From contig OX597840.1 in the NCBI GenBank assembly GCA_951406725.2, forward strand, positions 11,222,001 through 11,286,000: DNA of 64,000 nucleotides, read 5' to 3'. Positions 54,577-64,000 of this stretch are shown piece by piece. How positions within the stretch are numbered: the stretch's first letter is position 1; every line of letters begins with the position of its first letter. Source of the stretch: Octopus vulgaris (Eukaryota). Under the pieces are notes generated by a model that made no database searches, was not told where the DNA came from, and saw nothing but the letters and a program-made list of their open reading frames with translations. Position numbers and translations under genes: made by a program.

Positions 54577-54987
54577 TGCTCCTGGTTAATACTTCATTCA
54601 ATAATAAACAGAATAATTCAAGTATAAACTTGTATTAAATATTGAATCTTCGTCCAATGGCAGATTGTATACATTTTTTCCACATTTTTTTCCCTTGTGA
54701 CTCCTTCCCTGTAATGAAACGTGTAACCTGGAAATAAATATTTACCAAATTTTACAATCATTTCTTTGTCTCACTCACTCACACACATTAGCCATGATAG
54801 ATCGCTAGCCACTACACATTCTTTATTTTCTCTCCTTGTTTCTTTCTGTGTTCCTTTCTGTGGAAGAGTGCTAGGCTCGAAACGTTAAAGACTTTCTCAC
54901 TTCCCGAGCGTTATACTAATACATCTGTTTGTTGTCCACACCACCTGTCTTCGTCTTTTATTTTTTGTGAATTGTCCCTATAAATAT

Positions 54988-55399
54988 AGGCGCAGGAGTG
55001 GCTGTGTGGTAAGTAGCTTGCTAACCAACCACATGGTTCCGGGTTCAGTCCCACTGCGTGGCATCTTGGGCAAGTATCTTCTGCTATAGCCCCGGGCCTA
55101 CCAATGCCTTGTGAGTGATTTGGTAGACGGAAACTGAAAGAAGCCCGTCGTATATATGTATATATATTTAAGTGTGTGTGTATATAATTTGTGTGTATGT
55201 GTTTGTCCCCCTAGCATTGCTTGACAACCGATGCTGGTGTGTTTACGTCCCCGTCACTTAGCGGTTCGGCAAAAGAGACCGATAGAATAAGTACTGGGCT
55301 TACAAAAGAATAAGTCCCGGGGTCGACTTGCTCGACTAAAGGCGGTGCTCCAGCATGGCCGCAGTCAAATGACTGAAACAAGTAAAAGAGAAAAGAGAA

Positions 55400-55400
<1 letters not shown>
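54988..55400 (+). mobile_element. Full-length SINE family A
   Basis: Complete head to gtaaaagagaaaagag tail. Confidence 0.88.
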
Positions 55401-55453
<53 letters not shown>

Positions 55454-55695
55454 TACTCCCTCGCCATATCGTTGTTCATCAATCGCGGTTTATTATTCAA
55501 GCTTACGTCGGTTCCTCCGTGGTGGTGTTTTGCATTTATAATAAAATAAATATATACAAATTATGAAAATAATTAAAATAATATTTACAGTATTGTTTCT
55601 AATTCGCGGATTTTCACCTAATCCCACGATAGTCGAAGGATTACTGTACAGGTAAATCGATTGTTAGACAGACAAACATATAGCTAACTAGCTAA

Positions 55696-56036
<341 letters not shown>

Positions 56037-56233
56037 TTGGTTTAGATAAATAGTTGACGTCACAAGAATCGATAAATTTTCGATAGAACGTGATATAATT
56101 CTTTTTCGGAACTGGATCTCGAAGCATACAGAAAGCTATAAATAGTAGCATGTAAATAGTGGGTTGAAAACCCCTTTTCGATAGAAAAGTCAAAGGCGGG
56201 AGATCCGTGTCTGAAAATCCAGTTCTCGAAAAG

Positions 56234-56275
<42 letters not shown>

Positions 56276-56411
56276 ATACACACACACGCACATATGAACA
56301 CACATATGCGTATATGAACAGATGACTGCTTATTTCTGATGAGGACCCAATAAGACCGAAAACGGAGAAATAGTTGAATTTATCTTGTTCATATATTTAC
56401 TACGCAGGTTA

Positions 56412-56450
<39 letters not shown>

Positions 56451-56643
56451 ACACACACGCACATACACACACGCACATACACACACGCACATACATGATA
56501 TATCATTATCATTATTTTATTGTCTTTGCACAGCTTCTAATGCTGGAGATGTACTACGATGTCAGCTGTTCACTACCAGTGAACACCCCTTATATTTCAT
56601 CATCATCATCCTCATCATTATTATTATTATTATTATTATTATT

Positions 56644-59041
56644 GAGTGAGAGAGCAGTGCATGCCATCAAAGTGACACTGGGGTAAAATATACGAACCCA
56701 GTACACCCATCATGACTACATGTATGAAAAGGGTACACTAGGCACATGCATCACAGCCATATCTGCGCGACATGGTGATCTCATATCAAGATAAACAGCA
56801 CATGACCTTGCAGGTGGGGCCCAGTTAGAATTTTCTTCAGGTTGAGTAGCCCATCCCGCTCAAAAGGTCCCTGAATAAGGATTGTTTAAGGATGTTGCAA
56901 GAACCACCCATGTTTCCAGAGGTGAATTATTCAAACCCCAAAGAATCCCTCTCAACACATGGCTATGATGCTCCCCCACTACTTCTGCTCGTGATCAGAG
57001 ATGCACATATCGTCAGCCACTAAGGGACATGCTCAACTGGTTAAGGTCAAACAACTGACAAGCAAATCTGTGGTATTGAGCAGAATATTTGCTGTAGCCC
57101 ATCTTTTATACCAAGACAAAACAATGTACATGATAACACTTCCAATCAGTTAAGATCAGAAGCCATGAGAGCCACTGCCTGGAACTGCATCAGGGCATTA
57201 AAGCAAATCTGTGGTATTGAGCAGAATATTTGCTGTAGCCCATCTTTTATACCAAGACAAAACAATGTACATGATAACACTTCCAATCAGTTAAGATCAG
57301 AAGCCATGAGAGCCACTGCCTGGTACTGCATCAGGGCATTAAAGCAAATCTGTGGTATTGAGCAGAATATTTGCTGTAGCCCATCTTTTATACCAAGACA
57401 AAACAATGTACATGATAACACTTCCAATCAGTTAAGATCAGAAGCCATGAGAGCCACTGCCTGGTACTGCATCAGGGCATTAAAGCAAATCTGTGGTATT
57501 GAGCAGAATATTTGCTGTAGCCCATCTTTTATACCAAGACAAAACAATGTACATGATAACACTTCCAATCAGTTAAGATCAGAAGCCATGAGAGCCACTG
57601 CCTGGAACTGCATCAGGGCATTAAAGCAAATCTGTGGTATTGAGCAGAATATTTGCTGTAGCCCATCTTTTATACCAAGACAAAACAATGTACATGATAA
57701 CACTTCCAATCAGTTAAGATCAGAAGCCATGAGAGCCACTGCCTGGTACTGCATCAGGGCATTAAAGCAAATCTGTGGTATTGAGCAGAATATTTGCTGT
57801 AGCCCATCTTTTATACCAAGACAAAACAATGTACATGATAACACTTCCAATCAGTTAAGATCAGAAGCCATGAGAGCCACTGCCTGGTACTGCATCAGGG
57901 CATTAAAGCAAATCTGTGGTATTGAGCAGAATATTTGCTGTAGCCCATCTTTTATACCAAGACAAAACAATGTACATGATAACACTTCCAATCAGTTAAG
58001 ATCAGAAGCCATGAGAGCCACTGCCTGGAACTGCATCAGGGCATTAAAGCAAATCTGTGGTATTGAGCAGAATATTTGCTGTAGCCCATCTTTTATACCA
58101 AGACAAAACAATGTACATGATAACACTTCCAATCAGTTAAGATCAGAAGCCATGAGAGCCACTGCCTGGTACTGCATCAGGGCATTAAAGCAAATCTGTG
58201 GTATTGAGCAGAATATTTGCTGTAGCCCATCTTTTATACCAAGACAAAACAATGTACATGATAACACTTCCAATCAGTTAAGATCAGAAGCCATGAGAGC
58301 CACTGCCTGGAACTGCATCAGGGCATTAAAGCAAATCTGTGGTATTGAGCAGAATATTTGCTGTAGCCCATCTTTTATACCAAGACAAAACAATGTACAT
58401 GATAACACTTCCAATCAGTTAAGATCAGAAGCCATGAGAGCCACTGCCTGGTACTGCATCAGGGCATTAAAGCAAATCTGTGGTATTGAGCAGAATATTT
58501 GCTGTAGCCCATCTTTTATACCAAGACAAAACAATGTACATGATAACACTTCCAATCAGTTAAGATCAGAAGCCATGAGAGCCACTGCCTGGTACTGCAT
58601 CAGGGCATTAAAGCAAATCTGTGGTATTGAGCAGAATATTTGCTGTAGCCCATCTTTTATACCAAGACAAAACAATGTACATGATAACACTTCCAATCAG
58701 TTAAGATCAGAAGCCATGAGAGCCACTGCCTGGTACTGCATCAGGGCATTAAAGCAAATCTGTGGTATTGAGCAGAATATTTGCTGTAGCCCATCTTTTA
58801 TACCAAGACAAAACAATGTACATGATAACACTTCCAATCAGTTAAGATCAGAAGCCATGAGAGCCACTGCCTGGAACTGCATCAGGGCATTAAAGCAAAT
58901 CTGTGGTATTGAGCAGAATATTTGCTGTAGCCCATCTTTTATACCAAGACAAAACAATGTACATGATAACACTTCCAATCAGTTAAGATCAGAAGCCATG
59001 AGAGCCACTGCCTGGTACCACTCCTGGTACTGCATCAGGGC

Positions 59042-59044
<3 letters not shown>
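56644..59044 (-). mobile_element. Non-coding retroelement inserted in (AAT)n whose terminal 141 bp are tandemly amplified
   Basis: Flanked both sides by (TTA)n. Its 3' about 60 nt (tactggg..cgtatattttaccccagtgtcacttt.atggcat) also follow the LINE endonuclease at 45651-45715. Confidence 0.65.
57060..59044. repeat. 14 x 141-bp near-identical tandem array
   Basis: aagcaaatctgtgg recurs at 57060, 57201, 57342 ... 58893. The only variation seen is tggAactg/tggTactg and a short duplication in the last unit. Confidence 0.97.
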
Positions 59045-59099
<55 letters not shown>

Positions 59100-59166
59100 T
59101 TATGTTTGACTTTTGCTTTACATTTGTACAAGTTGGCTCCAAGTCTCACCCAGAGACCTCAAGATA

Positions 59167-59221
<55 letters not shown>

Positions 59222-59457
59222 TCTAATTTATGTAGAAAAAACAGCAAAAACGGTGAAACAAAATTTGCATGTGTGGGGTGCAGCTGTTCGCCTCTTTTTT
59301 TTATCCCCATAGCATGGATTATAGCCGAATAATCTTCGTAAAAATGAACAGACGTTCTGGAGGTGAATTGATCCCGAAATTCGATTACACCAATACGAAC
59401 CAAAAAAAGGGCTAGTTTACTCATTGTTGTGTTTGGTCAAGCCATATCTGGATTTAC

Positions 59458-61070
59458 CAGATATCGTCATTATTGAAGGAGGTGAAGAGCGTGAAAAATA
59501 TTTTAGGAGCACTCCGTCGGTTGCGACGACGAAGGTCCCAGCTGATACGTTCAGCGGAACTTCTTGCTCGTGAAATTAACGTGCAAGTGGCTGAGCACTC
59601 CACAAACACGTGTACCTTTAATGTAGTTCTCGGAGAGATTCAGCATGACACAAAGTGTGACAAGGCTGGCCCTTTGAAATACAGGTACAATTCGTGTTTG
59701 CCAGCTGAGTGGACTGGAGCAACGCGAAATAAAGTGTCTTGCTCAAGGACCCAACGCGCCGCCGGGAATTGAACTCACGACCTTACGATCATGATCCGAA
59801 TACCCCTAACCACTAAGCTCCGTAAAAGCCCAAAAGAATCAAGTTAATATTGTCTGGAATAAAGTAGACGCCAGGAGAGAGACCAACAAAAAAAAGCTAA
59901 TATTACTAATCAACGAACCAACCAAACAATCACAGTACCACCAAATACGACGGTAGAAGAAAATTAATTGAAAAGGCAATGAAAAAAGATCGCCAAAGCC
60001 AAAGCGAAGAACCATTTTATAAAACAAATTAGGAACTGTCAAAACGCAATTGACCAACACAAATTAGAAACCAACATTCAAAATATTAGAAGCATGAATA
60101 GCAGAGCTCCAATCATCTGTAAGTTCTATGTAAAAGGCACCCGAACATATGGAAAAAATTGGACAACTTTGTTCTTCATTACAACTACTATCAGAGATAT
60201 AGTTAACGGGGTAATTATTCTCCACAAATGAAAGACAGAAAGTGCAGAAAAATGTGTAGATGGGGAGCCCGAAGCTCCACAAAATACTGTCAGCAAAGAG
60301 GAAGGTCGCGGTGTTTGGTGTGAAGACACACACCTGGAGGGGATACGACGTATGACATGTTCTTTCATTGAAAGACAATATGCAGATGTAATACAAACTG
60401 TTAAAGACGTGGACACTTTTAAATCAATACGGCACATAAGATAAAACAGCATTTGACCTGGCTGCAACAGCTACAGACACAGAACTATGCAATGTCAAAA
60501 CACAACGCCAGCACAAATAACACTACCAAGATGGCTGCCACGATAAATCATATAATTTGAATGCCAAACGTCTGTTACCTGCTTCGTAGACCTTCTCACA
60601 TGTCCGACACCAAAACACTTCCGACAACAAACGTAGCAGATTCAGAAATTTCAATAAACAAAATACAGATATCGTCATTATTGAAGGAGGTGAAGATCGC
60701 GAGAAATAATTTACTGGCTCCGTAAAAGCCCAAAAGAATCAAGTTAATATTGTGTGGAATAAAGAAGACGCCAGAAGAGAGACAACAACAACAAAAAATG
60801 CTAACATTACCAACCAACAAACCAGCCAACCATCCAGTCACAGTACCATCAAATACGATGGTAGAAGAAAATTAATTGAAAAGGTAATGAAAAATAGATT
60901 GCCAAAGCCAAAACGGCAATCGACCAACACATTTTAGAAACCAACATTCAAAATATTAGAAGCATGAATGGCAGAGCTCCAATCATGTGTGAGTTTTATG
61001 TAAAAGTACTCTAAGACATGGAAAAAATTGGGCAACTTTGTTCCTCATTACAACTACTATCAGAGATATA
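59458..61070. repeat. Old direct duplication of about 400 bp (59458-60202 versus 60666-61070)
   Basis: cagatatcgtcattattgaaggaggtgaaga...gctccgtaaaagcccaaaagaatcaagttaatattgt...cattacaactactatcagagatatag in both. The first copy is interrupted by SINE C at 59507-59817. Confidence 0.85.
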
Positions 61071-61317
61071 GGAAAAGAAAGAGGTCGTGGTGAAGATAAC
61101 AGTAAAATTGTCACATCTTGTGTTCTGTTGTCACATTTAAACTAGGTTTGTGAAACACTAATAGTATTAAATTAAAGTAATTCGATGTAATTTTAAGAAC
61201 AACATATTGTTCGTTAGATGATTCAAATCACGGAAGAAAATTTGAAGAGAAACTCAGGAAGAAGGAAGAAACACTAATTGAAACAGGGTGCCATATTTGA
61301 TCAGGAATGTTAACACA

Positions 61318-61673
61318 TGGCTGTGCGGTAAGCAGCTTGCTTACCAACCACATGGTTCCGAGTTCAGTCCCACTGCGTGGTACCTTGGGCAAGTGTCTTC
61401 TACTATACCTCGGGCCGACCAAAGCCTTGTGAGTGGATCTGGTAAACGGAAACTGAAAGAAGCCCGTCGTATATATGTATGTATATATACACACACACAC
61501 ATATATATACACATATATACGACGGGCTTCTTTCAGTTTCCGTCTACCAAATCCACTCACAAGGCTTTGGTCGGCCCGAGGCTATAGTAGAAGACACTTG
61601 CCCTAGGTACCACGCAGTGGGCTGAACCCAGAGCCATGTGGTTGGTTATCAAGCTACTTACCACACAGCCACT
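61318..61673. mobile_element. Inverted pair of SINE family A 5' halves
   Basis: Plus copy 61318-61470 and minus copy 61517-61673, separated by about 45 nt of microsatellite. Confidence 0.9.
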
Positions 61674-62389
61674 GTGAAGACTTTCAATGAAAACAAATTG
61701 ATTAAAGAACTGTGTCAGAAACTACTTGATTCCAACATTGTTAGTAAAAATAGGAGAATGGCTGATTGACCTTTTAATAGACAAAAGTGAAGCTGATGTA
61801 GGCGAGGATGTTTTTTGTAGGAATTCAATGATTTCGACCGATCGCAAGGAACTGTCTTGACGCTTGCAGCAGAAGAGTGATACGAAGAGACGAAAATAGT
61901 ACAAAAAAGAAAACTGCTTCGAAAAGTGAAAACGTATATTGTGTGGATGTGTAACCAGATGTGAACAGAGAGGACGGGGACGATTTAGGGTGTTAAAGGT
62001 TAGACTACCATTGTATGCACTATTCTACCTCTCCACACATACACACACTCACGTGCACACGTACTCACACGTGCGCGCGCTACATACACTAAACTCTATG
62101 CTTTCTGTCAACATCTACTATACAACAACACGAATTGTTTTGCTCTCTCTGCCCCCCTTTTGACCAGGCTCCCGTGGCTTTTATGGGTTTTTCCACGAGT
62201 AACCCTTTCAAAGCGCCTCCCCCTATTGGGAGTTTTAATTGTTACTTACATTTCATTGCTATCCTCCTTTTGTACATGGACCTTTTTTCAAACGGACAAA
62301 ACCCTTTGTAACTTTCGTCCTGTGTTTTGTCCCTTTATGTTTTAATTGATTTTTGTTAGCCCTTGTGGGCAATAAGCGAACGAAATTTT

Positions 62390-62800
62390 ACAGGGCGCCA
62401 GGGGTATTTGAGAAGACTTAATAATCAGTATATTCCTCTCTTCAAACCAACTAAAAGGATTTTAAAAAATTTCTTACAGATCCTTCATGGCAGATAAATT
62501 CTACCACAAGAAATGAAAAGACAAGCATTCGTTGTTGCTATATAATTATTTTAGAAACGGCACCTTTCTAAATGTTGCGAGATCTTTTCCTCATAAAAAT
62601 TCGGATGGAATTGGAAGACTCTGGTGGGAATGTTTCAACTGTATTAAAGGTACGGAAGATCCTAAACTTTCGGACATTATATGGACATTGGAATTCATCC
62701 ACAAGGTTCAAGACATTATCGGTAATGATCCCAGAAAACCAATGAAAGCTCTCGCCAAAGAACTTCAGGTGTCGGAGTTGACCATCAAAACTGTGTGTAC
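62390..62800 (+). mobile_element. Tc1/maT-like transposon 5' remnant
   Basis: TA|cagggcg start; HTH-like FIHKVQDIIGNDPRKPMKALAKELQVSELTIKTV. Confidence 0.6.
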
Positions 62801-63216
62801 GATTCTCTGGTGCATTCATGGGGGAACATCTTTGCATGTATATACAGAATCGGTTACAACGGTTGCTGAGAGCAACATAGAACATAACACGGAAAAGCAT
62901 AATTTTCACATATAGTTCATAATTTAATTATGCTCATTTTGAAATTAATTATGTTTTATGTCATTGAAACAGCTGTTGAGCACAATGAAATTATGAACCA
63001 TATGTGAGCAGCTTATCTTTCAAGTCTCATATATTGAAGGTACAAATCTGTACGAGTTAGAAATCTATTTTATTAAGATTTTTGTTTCATATTTCCAAAT
63101 TCGTTCTTTAGTTGGAATCATAACATTACAAAATCCATTAAGGTTTTCGCAGTTTTCACGATCTCATTCTCAGAATAAAATTACAACGGCTATTGCCGTC
63201 GAGTTCTTTTTCATGA

Positions 63217-63380
63217 AGGCGGCGAGCTGGCAGAAACGTTAGCACGCCGGGTGAAATGCTTAGCGGTATTTCGTCTGTCGTTACGTTCTGAGTTCAAATT
63301 CAGCCAAGGTTGACTTTGCCTTTCATCCTTTCGGGGTCAATAAATAAAGTACCAGTTTCGCTCTGGGGTCGATGTAATTT
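63217..63380 (+). mobile_element. SINE family B copy
   Basis: ggcggcgagctggcagaaacgttagc head, gagttcaaattc B box, core motif. Confidence 0.85.
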
Positions 63381-63494
63381 GAGCCACTTCTTCACTACAG
63401 TTTTCACTTCCTCGTCACTGGAATAATTCCGCGCCTTCAGACTATCATCTCTTTGACCCCATGAAAGAGGGTTTGAGAGGCAAACATTTATTAT

Positions 63495-63800
63495 TTGTAA
63501 GCCGAGTACTTATTCTATCGGTCTCTTTTGCCGAACCGCTAAGTTACGAGGACGTAAACACACCAGCATCGGTTGTCAAGCGATGTTGGGGGAAGGACAA
63601 ACACAAACACACAAACATACACACACACACATATATATATATATATACATATATACATATATACGACGAGCTTCTTTCAGTTTCCGTCTACCAAATCCAC
63701 TCACAAGGCTTTGGTCGGCCCGTGGCTATAGTAGAAAACAATTGATCAAGGTGCCACGCAGTGGGACTGAACCCGGAACCATGTGGCTGGTGAGTAAGCT
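63495..63800 (-). mobile_element. SINE family A copy
   Basis: Reverse complement of family A body and tail. Confidence 0.85.
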
Positions 63801-64000
63801 ACGAGTTGAATATTGGTTTGTATTCTACCATTAATACTACTTATACTAATAATACACTACATTTTTGTGGGATTCCCCATAAGGTAGGGGTATTGTCAGC
63901 TAATGTTTTTTTCTATTTAGTTTTGTTTCGTATATTGTATCATAATGTACCGTAATGTACCATAATGATTCTGGTAGTGATATGTAATAGTGGAGGCGCA

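Noticed and set aside
57165-59312. 715-aa ORF as a genuine gene, or the array as a CRISPR locus
   Set aside because: It is an in-frame 141-bp repeat derived from a mobile element and runs into poly-I/L microsatellite. There are no unique spacers or cas genes, and the context is eukaryotic.

Overview
Eukaryotic, extremely repeat-rich animal DNA. The microsatellite density and tRNA-derived SINE families look like octopus/coleoid cephalopod (inference, not verifiable here). The only host gene I can support is a minus-strand TGF-beta ligand of the myostatin/GDF8/11 (myoglianin) type. Three exons are visible: 24588-24736, 21407-21620 and 8736-9119. The first exon (signal peptide) was not found. 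The middle exon is frameshifted where its conserved W..P..NLG segment is replaced by TA-rich sequence. The rest is microsatellite, SINEs, LINE remnants (RLE/R4-Dong-like, CR1), Tc1/mariner elements and MITEs, three non-autonomous Helitrons, a GIY-YIG Penelope-like fragment and a 14 x 141-bp tandem array. The most striking hidden signal is about 15 hammerhead-ribozyme-like motifs from many unrelated short (about 200-360 bp) non-coding elements. These sit in (TA)n tracts as direct, inverted or foldback arrangements, resembling Penelope-mobilised retrozyme-type RNAs. Almost all ORFs in the supplied track are microsatellite or repeat artefacts. Repeat boundaries are approximate; exon and ribozyme coordinates were read base by base.
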